Shown here one piece after another: positions 42,525 through 55,584 of a DNA stretch of 64,000 nt. Each line of letters opens with the position of its first letter. Position 1 is the first letter of the stretch. The stretch comes from Octopus vulgaris (lineage: Eukaryota). The notes under the pieces are model-generated. The model did not search any database, had not been told where the DNA came from, and saw only the letters and a program-made list of their open reading frames with translations. A program made the translations under genes and the position numbers. The stretch is from positions 143,158,001 to 143,222,000 of the forward strand of contig OX597815.1 of assembly GCA_951406725.2 (NCBI GenBank). Reading direction: 5' to 3'.

Positions 42525-42538
42525 GTTACCATAGCAAC
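42525..42538. promoter_or_regulatory. RFX X-box-like motif GTTACCATAGCAAC
   Basis: Matches the RFX consensus GTNRCCN(0-3)RGYAAC in non-repeat sequence; no linked gene is visible. Confidence 0.25.
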
Positions 42539-42906
42539 GATAAAAGAGGCATCTCTATATTATTTCTAGATCTTCAAAACAGACGTTATCAATGGAATGG
42601 TCCTTTAATTCATCTAAATTACTCGACTTACTTTCATCTATGTAGGCTCCTTCATGTCTAGAATAAGCATTTTACAGAATTGGATGTTTACGAAGCATTA
42701 CATCTAAAACTAGAATTGATATATTGAAGCATTCTGCCAAAAAGACTACATATATTAAAGTATATTTAGCCTCGCTATATAAGAAAGTATTGGAGGTTAA
42801 GACCCACATTTAGCAAATTAATGCAGAAATACATATACGCCCAAAGCCAATGCGATTACATCTATACTAAGGTTTAACTCTTGATACTAGTGATTCTCAG
42901 CATCTG

Positions 42907-43016
<110 letters not shown>

Positions 43017-43715
43017 TGTGTGAGTGTGTGCGTGCGTGTGTGTGTGTGTGTCTGTGTCTGTGTGTGTGCGTGCGTGAGGCGGATGAGGAGGATGATTAGT
43101 TCAAAGTATCAGATGTTATCCGTCTAACTTTTCATTGTTCCTTCAAATAAAGGACTTTTGAAGGAAACAAAATTAAAACGTATCTGAATATCATCAGTTT
43201 ATTGTGACATACGCTTGTGTTCAGTCAAAGAAGAACGTTTGAAGGAGAAAAAAAATTAAAACCAGCATCATTGGTTTCTAGTGACATACTCTTGTACAAC
43301 ACCAATGCCACTCCTAAGTATCCATAGTCAAATATCCTTAAGAGCAAGATTTCTGGGCGTTATTTCAACTGCAGATTTTGTATCAGGGGACCTTCTCTTA
43401 GACGTTTCTAATAAAAGGACTCATATCCATACAAATTTCATTATGAGGTTTTCTGTTCCGAATGTTCTTGATAAACTTTACCATCTTCTAGATATTTTGT
43501 CTCTCAATACTAAACAAAATTTACCGGCCCGAGGGGTGACTTATTCTCGTGCCAGACACCAAGCACGTATCTACCTTTCTTTTAAACCCTAGACCTGCTA
43601 ATTGATCAAGGTGTCTTTTAGGTATTACTAAACATTCTCACTTTCTTGTGCACTTTTGGATATATATCTGTATCTGTCTGTCTATCTATCTATTTATCTA
43701 AATAGATAGATAGAT

Positions 43716-44175
43716 AAAAATTCTATAATTATAAGCATAATTATAATTAGGGTTCAGCAAATTGCTTCACCACATACCGAAATTTAGAAATAGCAGTTAA
43801 ATACTATTCCTCTACCATAAGATATCTCCCAGACAGCAATACTCTCAATTCACGTAGGTAAAGAGAAAAGAATAACGAATCTACCTGGCTTTGATCAACC
43901 ACATACGCGTTTCTGGATTAAAGAGATGTAAAATTTTTATTTTTATTCACTTATTTCCGTCTTCAGTGTAGTATTTCAATTGTAAAAGTTGTAAATTTGA
44001 GAGTACTAATAATAGTATTATTAGGAATAGAATAGTATTTAACTGATATTTCTAAATTTCGGTACGTGGTGAAACAATTTGCTGAACCCTAATTATAATT
44101 ATGCTTATAATTATAGAATTTTTGCATAAGGTTACCGATAAAGATTCTTTTAGCATACCGAACTACTAGGTAAAA
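43716..44175. mobile_element. Penelope-like remnant with ~93-bp inverted arms, inside (TAGA)n
   Basis: 43716-43808 is the near-perfect reverse complement of 44030-44122. Shares GCTTC.CC.CATACCG..TTAGAAAT.GCAGT.AA with 53290-53982. Confidence 0.55.
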
Positions 44176-44225
44176 TTATGAATTGTTAATTGATTGATTA
44201 ATTTTACCCTTTATTATAATTGAAA

Positions 44226-44341
<116 letters not shown>

Positions 44342-44395
44342 GTATGTATGTATGTAGGTAGGTAGGTAGGTAGGTAGGTAGGTAGGTAGGTACAT

Positions 44396-44910
44396 GGTGG
44401 TGGTGGCTGCCCACTCGTTATCGAGTATGGCCATTGCACAAAGGTTAATCAATGTTGTTATCGTGCAATGCCTGTGCAAGAAGATTTTTTTAAAAGTGAG
44501 GAAAGGCTGTGCACTGAGTCAATCCCACTCACTAAGCAACAGCAGCCATAATCCGAAAAGAAGAACAAGTCAACATCATCGGTAACCCCTGAGCCGCAGT
44601 TTTATGTCGGAGTTATCCCAGTTACCTGAGTTACTTTCTCCTAGAAGGATGCCCTAACAAAGGCTAGGAGTCCTTCACTCCTAATGGTTTAACCGCGCGA
44701 TCGGGTATTCAGTCCGATTATTTCTATGTCCCTGCGCATTATACTAATTTATTGACAGGTTTTGTTTTTCATCCCTCAGGGTGTCCAATAAACACCCTCC
44801 TCACCAAGCAAGCTTGGTGGAGTTGCTGGTTTAGTCACCGACGACCCGACCATGCAACAGGTTGAACTGGGTTACATGTTACTAGTAGCACTCGAAAGTG
44901 ACCTGACATA
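44396..44910 (-). mobile_element. Short non-coding bipartite RTE-derived element with 8-bp TSD
   Basis: AGGTACAT at 44388-44395 and 44911-44918. 5' part homologous to 14840-15058; (CAC)n tail on the minus strand; no ORF and no tRNA head. Confidence 0.6.
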
Positions 44911-44968
44911 AGGTACATACATACATACATACATACATACATACATACATACATACATACATACATAC

Positions 44969-45056
<88 letters not shown>

Positions 45057-45369
45057 TCAGAAAAGACTTCCTATTTTAAACAACGAAACCCCTACTGGTT
45101 GGAAGTTAAGAGATTGTTATTCACCACCCTTTTAAACATTTTGATGATATGAGAGGTGAACCGGGTAATGGATTCTACGTACTAATCAACAAAATGAACA
45201 GCCTATCCTTTCGAAGGGTTCCCACATAGTTCCGTTGCAAATTTCAGTAACAACGCGCTTCTTACAACCCATGACTGAGTTAGAAAATACTTTCCTAAAT
45301 TGATATTTAATGGGATAGAGCGCAAAACCACGATGTTGCGAAGTGATCTTTCTAACAACTACACAAAAA

Positions 45370-45534
45370 GGCGCAGGAGTGGCTGTGTGGTAAGTAGCTT
45401 GCTAACCAACCACATGGTTCCGGGTTCAGTCCCACTGCGTGGCATCTTGGGCAAGTGTCTTCTGCTATAGCCCCGGGCCGACCGATGCCTTGTGAGTGGA
45501 TTTGGTAGACGGAAACTGAAAGAAGCCTGTCGTA

Positions 45535-45617
<83 letters not shown>

Positions 45618-45838
45618 TTGTGTGTCTGTGTTTGTCCCCCTAGCATTGCTTGACAACCGATGCTGGTGTGTTTACGTCCCCGTCACTTAGCGGTTCGGCA
45701 AAAGAGACCGATAGAATAAGTACTGAGCTTACAAAGAATAAGTCCCCCGGGGTCGATTTGCTCGACAAAAGGCGGTGCTCCAGCATGGCCGCAGTCAAAT
45801 GACTGAAACAAGTAAAAGAGTAAAGAGTAAAGAGTAAA
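45370..45838 (+). mobile_element. Full-length SINE-B
   Basis: tRNA-like head (TGGCTGTGTGG A box, GGTTCAGTCCC B box), internal (TA)n(TG)n, tail (AGAGTAA)n. Confidence 0.95.
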
Positions 45839-46105
45839 TTATACCTGCACCTATGAACAAAATTAGCAAAAATTGAAAAGAAATGTAGTTCCAGTTAGAT
45901 TACGAACCGTCGACCATTTGGTTCGTATACTGAATCACTAACTACACCATCAATAGAGATTCCATTATTTTCTAACAAGTTGTTAGGCGAATATCACTTT
46001 TGAACAAAATCAGTTGTTTGTGTGATTGAGCGTCTCTGTGTAATCTGTATGTGCATACGTGCGAGTATGTCTGGAAGTTTGTATGTATGTATGTACGTAT
46101 GTATG

Positions 46106-46197
<92 letters not shown>

Positions 46198-46953
46198 TGT
46201 ATGTGTGTGTGTATGTATGTATGTATGTATGAGTGCGTAACTCTGAAGGTGGATGTATGGCTGTATTAGTGGCACGTGTGTGTCTTCGTATGTCTCTGCA
46301 TATGTATAATTACAAGAATAACTGTAGAAGATGTGTGCACACACCTCCTTGGTTTTCGTATATATTTGTGAGTATACCTGTATGTGTGTGTGTGACTATG
46401 TATAGATATTAATGCGTGTGATCTTCTCAGTACGTAAATATATCTCATATGTCAAAATATTAAAGCAACTCTTGCATTTAAATATCAATATTGTCTTCCA
46501 TATTTATATCTTTCCTTCAGGAAAATCTTGATGTTCTTCCATCTATTGTTATCATCCACCCTTTCTCTTTCTATAGCCATACCTATCTTCATGTCTATCT
46601 TTATGTCTTCATATATTTATGGCTTCATATAACCATGTATTGTTATCTGCAATGTTTCATATCTTTACGCCAACCCATCTTTCTGTTAGTCTTTCTACTT
46701 ATCACTCTGCTGAAGTATAATAAGATTTCTCTGCCAGTGGGACCAAGGAAATTCACTTTCCTCTTTCAAATAGCTTTTATTTGTTTGCTTTTCTTTACAT
46801 TCCGTTCCGTTCTTTATCCGTTTATCTCACTCAGCAGTTTTATTCTTCATCTGTTTAAATCCAGACATCATTCATTTATAAAGCCATTTTGGATAGCTTT
46901 TATATTATATATTATTCATGAAAAAAACACTGTGATTCATATACAAATGTAAG

Positions 46954-46988
<35 letters not shown>

Positions 46989-48652
46989 ATATATATGTAT
47001 ATACTGATATATATGTATATACTGATATATATGTATATATGAATGTATATGTATATACATAGATGCATGTATTCATACATACGTATATACACATGTATAT
47101 GAATACATTTATATATACAAATACACACACACACGCACATATATATATATAAATATAAATATGTGTATATGTATATCATTACGCAACAACATACCCACTA
47201 ACATATACCATATATACATACACCCAGACACATACACACCCAATCCTTCTTCCTACCCCCCACACATATACACTGCACCCAGGCTTTCATTACAGTACCC
47301 CGTGATACCCATCTTCGCACTTATAGCAACATGCATATAATAACGCGATCATACTTCCCGACACCTATTACTTTTGTCACCTCTATTCCACCTAACACCT
47401 CTGTCGAGTATGACAAACATAACATCGTCATACACACACATACAAACATAAACACGCACGCGTACGCGCATACACGCTTTTACACATGCACAAACATACA
47501 CATTAAACATACATACAATAGCTTCATGTATACGCATACAGAAGTTTCATAGCTCATACACACCCAAACACACACAGAGAAAACAGGTACACGCACACTT
47601 CTACACACACACACATTCACACACACACACACAAACAAACACACACAATATGTACATACACAGTAGCTTCATACACACGAGTATGCGCATACATGTCTCA
47701 TAGCCTCGTACACACACACACGTAAACACAGATACACACAGCATACAAACATAACAGCTTTAGACATACGCGCGCACTTGCACTTACACTCACACACACA
47801 CATAAACACACATACTTCGATAACCTCATACACAAACACACATACACAAAAGAAAAACATACCTCAGATTAATACACACAGAAAATATGGACACTCACAC
47901 GTGGGCATACACGCATATACACGTTCAGACACAGATTATACATCAGCTTCATACGCACACACACACACACACACACACACACGTATACACACACTCACAC
48001 ACATATATCCCAGTTTCATAGTGAATGCGACTAACTCCTCTAGCAACCTCTTTCTATTCCTGGTCATTTCAGTATGCAGTAACCGTCTAACTGAGACACT
48101 TTTTTTACTTTCTCCATTTTTCTTTCTTCGTCTCCTTTAGAAGACCGTATGTTCATAAAAGGCATTTCCTACTATTCTATTTTCCTGAACGTAAACCTAA
48201 TACTTTCTGCATGTTTTTTTTTAATTTTTACCGTGTCTTGTGTTATTCATAATCTCTGTACCATATGTGTGTGTATGCGTGTATGTGTGTGTGTGTGTAA
48301 GTATGTATGAATGTGCATATGTATATAAATATATATATCTGTGTGTGTGTGTAACTATGTAACTATACATGCACTAATCTAAGAGATAAAAAAAAAGACA
48401 CAGACCAACTATATACATCGCCTATTTATAGTCAATGTTTAAAATTGAATGCCTTGTACTCCCTCATGTCATTAGCGCGTAGCCAGAAGCATTGTATAGA
48501 CTGAAACTTAAGGAGGTTTAGGTGTCTTAGAAATATATGTAACATAAAAAAAATCAACAAATATATATAAATATTTATTATGGAAAACGAGATTTATAAA
48601 AATTTAAATATATTTATCTACGTAAAAACATAAAATTTGGTGGTGGAGAGTT

Positions 48653-49052
48653 GGAGTGGCTGTGTGGTAAGTAGCTTGCTAACCAACCACATGATTCCGG
48701 GTTCAGTCCCACTGCGTGGCATCTTGGGCAAGTGTCTTCTGCTATAGCCCCGGGCCGACCAATGCCTTGTGAGTGGAGTTGGTAGACGGAAACTGAAAGA
48801 AGCCTGTCGTATATATGTATATATATATATATGTATGTGTGTGTGTTTGTGTGTCTGTGTTTGTTCCCCTAGCATTGCTTGACAACCGATGCTGGCGTGT
48901 GTTTACAACCCCGTCACTTAGCGGTTCAGCAAAAAGAGACCGATAGAATAAGTACTGGGCTTACAAAAAGAATAAGTCCCGGGGTCGAGTTGCTCAACTA
49001 AAGGCGGTGCTCCAGCATGGTCGCAGTCAAATGACTGAAACAAGAAGAAGAG
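48653..49052 (+). mobile_element. SINE-B flanked by a 91-bp direct duplication
   Basis: 48562-48652 equals 49053-49143 with 1 mismatch. Confidence 0.95.
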
Positions 49053-49167
49053 TATATATAAATATTTATTATGGAAAACGAGATTTATAAAAATTTATAT
49101 ATATTTATCTACGTAAAAACATAAAATTTGGTGGTGGAGAGTTATCAGTTTAATATTAAATACTAAT

Positions 49168-49858
49168 GAAGAAACGTTAGCACGCCAGGCGAACTGCTTA
49201 ACAGCATTTCGTCTAGTGTTACCTTCTGAGTTCAAATTCCGCCGAGGTCGACTTTGCCTTTCATCCTTTCGGGGTCGATTAAATAAGTACCAGTTAGGCA
49301 CTTGGGTCGATATAATCGACTTAATCCGTTTGTCTCTCCTTGTTTGTCCTCTCTGTGTTTAGCTCCTTGTGGATAGTAAAGAAATTGGCATTTCGTCTGC
49401 CGTTACGTTCTGAGTTCAAATTCCGCCGAGGCTGACTTTACCTTTCATCCTTTCGGGGTCGATTAAATAAGTACGCATTGGGGTCGGTGTAATCGACTTA
49501 ATCCCTTTGTCTGTCCTTGTTTTCCCCCTGTATGTTTATCCCCCTCTGGGCAATAAAGAAACAAATATTAAATACTAATTACTAATATTAGATACATTAA
49601 TACTAAAAGCAAATGATATTAATATTCTTAATATTATTAAGGCGGTGAGCTGGAAGAAGCGTTTGCACGCCGGGAAAAACGCTTAGCGGCATTTCGTCCG
49701 TCTTTACGTTCTGAGCTCAAATTCCGTCGAGGTCGATTTTACCTTTCATTCCTTCTAGGTCGATAAAATTCGTACCAGTTGAGCACTGATACCGACGTGA
49801 TCGACCTAACCCCACTCCACCGAAATTGCTGGCCTTGTGCCAAAGCTTGAAACCAATA
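49168..49858 (+). mobile_element. SINE-A dimer (49168-49563, 16-bp TSD) plus an older monomer (about 49639-49858)
   Basis: AATATTAAATACTAAT at 49152-49167 and 49564-49579. Confidence 0.9.
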
Positions 49859-50226
49859 TTATCAATATTATTCTGGGAGCCAAATACATATACTAGCTTA
49901 GTGTTTGACACGAATAAAACCACAGAAAACTATAATATGCAAAGAGGGAGAAAGAATAACCGTATCGAATTGCCGGTCGCGCGGGTTAACAACGGACGGT
50001 TTGGATCTTAGTTGAGGTGGTAGTGGCGCATTATAAAAACATATATTGCACTCTCCACACAGTGTCAATACAACCAGTAATAAGCCTATGACTTGTTCTG
50101 ACAGGTGTGGAGTTGAGGTACGAAGGATGCGTGTCTCAAGCACCCCGGAAGCGGGTCCAGTATGGAACAACAGTTAATATTAATAATCGTCACAGTATTT
50201 TAAATTTTAATTTGTGATTTGCTGTT

Positions 50227-50259
<33 letters not shown>

Positions 50260-50499
50260 GGCTGCGAGTCCCTCGACAGTATCCTGACAGTTAATTTTCC
50301 GCTGATGTTCATTTTTCCCATCTTTCATTGCTGAGTTTACGTCATCCTTGATTCTCATTAGATCTTTCTCTACTGCATTTAGATATCATCATGTTTTGGC
50401 ACAGTTGATGGGAAACACATGAACATGTGTGCACGCGCGTGAATGTGCGTGTGTCAGTATACGTGTGTGTGTTGAGAAAAGCTAAAATGTGTTTGTCAC

Positions 50500-51720
50500 T
50501 ATTTTCTTAAAACATATGAATTTCAAAATGGCATTCAACTGAATTTGTATTAAATTTCATATACGCTTCGAACTGAATCAATCCATTTCCAATATGGGAC
50601 TAAAAATTCTCAGAGTAAACAGCAAATCTGATTATTTCAGTTCTTCATTTTTACTTACAGAAAATTTGCTAATAATCCCATAGTTTGTGTTCAGTTCTAA
50701 GTAATCATCTACCCGTTTAATCAAGGCACTACACACCTAATCAATGACAGGTAAAAGGAAGGCTGGTTCAGAATGATTTTTCTGCGCTGAGCCTGACAAG
50801 TCAATCTTCTATACTGGTCCAATAACGCATCACATTTAGAAGTTACCATAAACCAGGCACGACCTCTTCCCTTACCACCTCGTATTTTCAAGTGTTTATA
50901 AATGGGTCATTGGGACAGTAGATCTAATGCTAACCTAAAATTGCCTTTGAGGGTGGATTTAGAATCCCATTGCACCCACTTGGTGATGAGCTAAATACTT
51001 GATACCTGTTATAACTCTTTCCTGGAACATTGTGCATTCTGTTATTTTACTGCCAAAAACAGTCAATTCTTCTTGTTAAATTTGAATGCATCTTTAAGTT
51101 GGTAGATGTTCTAGGATTTTCTTGTCTCCAGTCGGTTCACATTTTTCCAACCATTATAGCCACTATAAATTAATAAGTTCTAGTCACGGTTCTCTCGATT
51201 AGAATATAACTTACAAATGAAGTAGAACCGGAATGCTTGTCCTGAGTTACGGAAATAACAACGTCATGTTCTATTTCAATGTTTTCGCCATTGAACGCCT
51301 TTAATGGATTTCGTTAAACAGGAACTTTGTGAAAAGTCCCTTTCTTATGTTGGTCATCAACGTGCTTTCGTTTACAGAGTTATCACTGTTATAGTTTTCA
51401 CAAAACATTATATATGTACCCAGTAATACTACATTTATTTGGAAATCATTTCCACCCGAAGTGCAGAACACGATTGAAACAGTTCCTACATACTTTTTAC
51501 TAACTGTGTCAGATCTTCACGCTTGTATCAATGGAGTCTTTTTGTCTTGTTTGTTTCAATTTGATTTGCGTTGTCATCAGCAGCATAATGCAGAATGCTT
51601 ATTGTTACCGGTAGAGGTATCTTTTGAAAATGTTGTAAACATCGATCTTATTGCTGAGGTGTATCGCAATAGAACTTCCTTCTGTTGCTTCTTTTGTTCT
51701 CTTTCCTATGGGTTTATGGA
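50500..51720 (-). mobile_element. Possible very old Gypsy gag-protease-RT remnant
   Basis: Ordered weak fragments: KHSALCC (knuckle-like), FQINVVLLGTYIMF, KAFNGENIEI, WFMVTSK, IDLS, FLLPVID, LELNTNYG (LDANSG-like), MPF. No LTRs seen. Confidence 0.4.
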
Positions 51721-51788
51721 TTTGAGCTCTTGAATTGTGATGTCAGGCAAATATTTGTTTGGTTCTGAAATACAAAGCTAACTCAGCA

Positions 51789-51832
<44 letters not shown>

Positions 51833-52256
51833 GACGAAAATATATAAATCATAGAAAATACAAATATATAAAATATATGAATCAAGAATTACATAGAAAT
51901 ATCCGTGAATCAATAGCTTATGGTATGACCTTGAAATATTACCAGAAAAACATGGAAATTCATTGGTGACTCGAAGCATGTCTTCTCGCACATCAACCTT
52001 TCAAATGCAAGATCACTCTAAATGTCTAAAAACACTGTCCAAAATACCACCATTCTCCTCTATTACTGCAGCATGAATACTTTTGCTGAACAAGAAGAGA
52101 CGAGAAACAACACTTGGCAACGAATGATGTTTTGTTGTTGCTGTCACAGCCACTACTCAAGCCCTACCGAACCGGGTTCCGCTTGAATAATTCCTTGCAC
52201 ACCAGACAACATTTTACCCATGTTAAACTTCTTTGATGAAAAATTCAGTGTTGTGC

Positions 52257-52287
<31 letters not shown>

Positions 52288-52290
<3 letters not shown>

Positions 52291-52448
52291 GAGTGGCTGT
52301 GTGGTAAGTAGCTTGCTAACCAACCACATAGTTCCGGGTTCAGTCCCACTGCGTGGCATCTTGGGCAAGTGTCTTCTGCTATAGCCCCGGGCCGACCAAT
52401 GCCTTATGAGTGTATTTGGTAGACGGAAACTGAAAGAAGCCTGTCGTA

Positions 52449-52495
<47 letters not shown>

Positions 52496-52610
52496 TTGTG
52501 TATGTGTGTTTGTCCCCCTAGCATTGCTTGACAACCGATGCTGGTGTGTTTACGTCCCCGTCACTTAGCGGTTCGGCAAAAGAGACCGATAGAATAAGTA
52601 CTGGGCTTAC
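52288..52610 (+). mobile_element. 3'-truncated SINE-B flanked by a 58-bp + (TA)n direct duplication
   Basis: 52203-52260 equals 52610-52667 with 1 mismatch; each copy is followed by (TA)n. Confidence 0.93.
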
Positions 52611-52663
52611 AGACAATATTTTACCCATGTTAAACTTCTTTGATGAAAAATTCAGTGTTGTGC

Positions 52664-52700
<37 letters not shown>

Positions 52701-53064
52701 TTTTCTTATGTCTTTAAGTTACTTGTGGTACCTATTTACAGTATGACGGCAGCCATGACAGGTAGAAGTAGATTTAACTGACGAAGATTCATATAATAGA
52801 CGTTACTAGAAATAACATACAAGGGGGATACATAACAGGTGTTGTTTGATATAACAGATAAGAGTAGATATAACAGGTGAGCTTGGGTGCAAGAGTTGTG
52901 GGTAGGTGTAACAGATTAGAGACTATATGATATGTGATGGTAGACAATGGATGAGGTGAAGTATAACAGTTGAGGATTGATATAACTTGTGATGGTGGGT
53001 ATAACAGGTGAGGGGAGATGTAACTGGAGAAGGGAGATATTGATATGGGTAGACATTATGCATA

Positions 53065-53229
53065 GGCGCAGGAGTGGCTGTGTGGTAAGTAGCTTGCTAA
53101 CCAGCCACATGGTTCTGGGTTCAGTCCCACTGCGTGGCATCTTGGGCAAGTGTCTTCTGCTATAGCCCCGGGCCGACCAATGCCTTATGAGTGGATTTGG
53201 TAGACGGAAACTGACAGAAGCCTGTCGTA

Positions 53230-53294
<65 letters not shown>

Positions 53295-53980
53295 AAGCTA
53301 ATAAAAAGGGCTAGCAACAGGCTGCTTCGCCGCATACCGGAGGAATTAGAAATGGCAGTCAAAGACTGTTTTTTCCATTTTCTGTAAGTGGAGATTCCAA
53401 AAACGAAGAACCGTGCGGCTCACATACACAAAATCGGAGTAGCAAATAGACGCAAACAATCACTTACCGTTAATAGCGAACATGTTTCTGGATCACAAAC
53501 TCAGAAAATAGTTTGATTTCCTTCTTCGGCACTATATTCGATAGATTTACCAAATACCACAGGCCCTCACTTCTGACCCAGCGACATCAGATAGTGGGGG
53601 TAAGTGTGCAGATGTTAAAACTAAGTAATGACTGGGAACGTAAATTTTCCCTCCAAAATTCTGCCATGCGCGCCTTCTGGGTAATCGTAATGGAATAAGG
53701 GATCCACATGGTAATGCAATAAAAATGGTAAATAATTTTTCTGTGGTTTTTCATGTAACCAACAATTATTTACCGGTAAATTTCGGTATGTAAATACAAC
53801 AAATTCATCGTCAGGAACTTTGTAAGGTTCAGTATATAGTAAAGCTAATAAAAAGGGCTAGCAGCAGGCTGCTTCGCCTCATACCGAAGCTTTACTCTAT
53901 ACTGAACCTTACAAAGTTCCTGACGATGAATTTGTCGTATTTACATACCGAAATTTACCGGTAAAACCATTTTATTGCAT

Positions 53981-54017
<37 letters not shown>

Positions 54018-54229
54018 GTGTGTGTGTGTTTGTGTTTGTCCCCCTTATATTGCTTGACAACCAATGCTGGTGTGTTTACGTCCCCGTCACTTAGCGGTTC
54101 GGCAAAAGAGACCGATAGAATAAGTACTGGGCTTACAAAGAATAAGTCCTGGGGTCGATCTGCTCGATTAAAGGCGGTGCTCCAGCATGGCCGCAGTCAA
54201 ATGACTGAAACAAGTAAAAGAGTAAAAGA
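53065..54229 (+). mobile_element. SINE-B interrupted within its (TA)n by a ~690-bp insert
   Basis: Head at 53065-53228 and 3' module at about 54035-54229. It sits inside a degenerate (GATATAACAGGTG) minisatellite at about 52820-53050 and 54230-54360. Confidence 0.92.
53290..53982. mobile_element. Penelope-like non-autonomous element: ~50-bp direct terminal repeat plus 78-bp inverted extension
   Basis: TAGTAAAGCTAATAAAAAGGGCTAGC..CATACCG at 53290-53339 and 53837-53886. 53769-53846 is inverted at 53888-53965. Contains CTGACGA..GAAA-TTTACCGGTAAA. Confidence 0.65.
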
Positions 54230-55189
54230 CGGTGGGGGTAGCAATGGAGGGTGGGTATAATATGTGAGAGTTGGTGAGGAATTCAATAGATGGGGAGAGG
54301 TGTAACAGTTATAAGTAGATATAACAGATGTGTTTAAATACGAGAGGAGATATAGACAGTCTATAATTACGAGGAATTTTTAGAGACAATCTTTACATGA
54401 TATCAGGAATCAGAAAGCGATGAAATAAAAGACTCGTTTGACTTTGTCAAAAGATTGGAATAACTCTAAAATCAACAATTTCCTTAGAACTGTTATTCAA
54501 AGTTATTCTTCAGTTTATATCTTCAAGTCTTTCGTTTTCATTTCTGTCCAGACACCTCTAATTTCTGAAAGTAATTCTGCATTTTATTTTAACAACTGCC
54601 GATCTTGAAATAAATTTCTGCCATGACAGAAATTTAATAAAAGAAATTCTTGAATAATTTTCGTGGTTTTTAAATAACAAAGTAGATTTTTTATACATAA
54701 AAAACATCGTTTCTTTGTTGCAGTGTTGTTGTTGTTGTTGTTGGTGGTGGTGGTGTTATTATGTTGAAGTGAATCAAATTACAGCCATATTTATAAATGC
54801 ACCACAAAGTCTTCCGACTTTTGATCTTTTTTTTATGTTGTTTCATAGCGTACAAAGGTTATTGTTAGTGATTAAAACATTACTCTGTAACATATGATCG
54901 GTCACATTCACATAAAAGATCGCCTTGCCTCTGACTAGTTCTAACACGAGTGGAAAACACTCAACACAGGAAGAAATACATTTTTATACGGTCGTTAAAG
55001 TCTCTTAAAAATTCGTAACTTCTGTTGTTACTTTTATATTCAACAGTCTTTTGGAAACATCGCGAATACACTATGTCAGACTACAGTTGTATAGCGTAGT
55101 ATTTAGATATTATATTACATTGTCATATCGTAAATTACTACGTTCGAATCAAGAAATATTCTTCTCAGTATCTAAAGAAGTATATTATA

Positions 55190-55584
55190 CTAGCAGTATC
55201 GCCCGGCGTTGCTCGGGTTTGTAAGGGAAATAACTATATAAGCATTTTTAGAGATGTAAAGTATAATAGCCATCTCAATATGGCTAACCACAAAGGGAGG
55301 TGTTACTGTAGCTTTTTACGTTCTGAAATTTAATAATTCATTTTTAGAGAGTTCCTTCCCTTATATAATAGCAAAAAAATGCATTAAAAATGGGAAAAAA
55401 AGATGGTAATTTTTTTTTTAAATCGTGGACTCATCGTAGACGCGCGCTAATACCCAGAAGGGCTTGATATGAATCACAACTATAAGATACCCGCTTTTGG
55501 TTACACTGCACTGCAAAATGTGGGAGTAGTTAGGAATCTAAATCGTAGGAGACAGACACACAACTTCACTTTTATATATAAAGA
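55190..55584 (-). mobile_element. Non-autonomous Helitron
   Basis: Minus strand A|TCTTTATATATAAAAG start; 3' CCCGAGCAACGCCGGGCGATACTGCTAG|T. Confidence 0.88.

Noticed and set aside
43281-43620. 103-aa ORF or possible TE fragment
   Set aside because: No recognisable motif on either strand; left unannotated.
45370-45445. tRNA genes at SINE heads (also 20530, 23698, 33649)
   Set aside because: A/B boxes are present but the cloverleaf is broken and they continue into SINE bodies.
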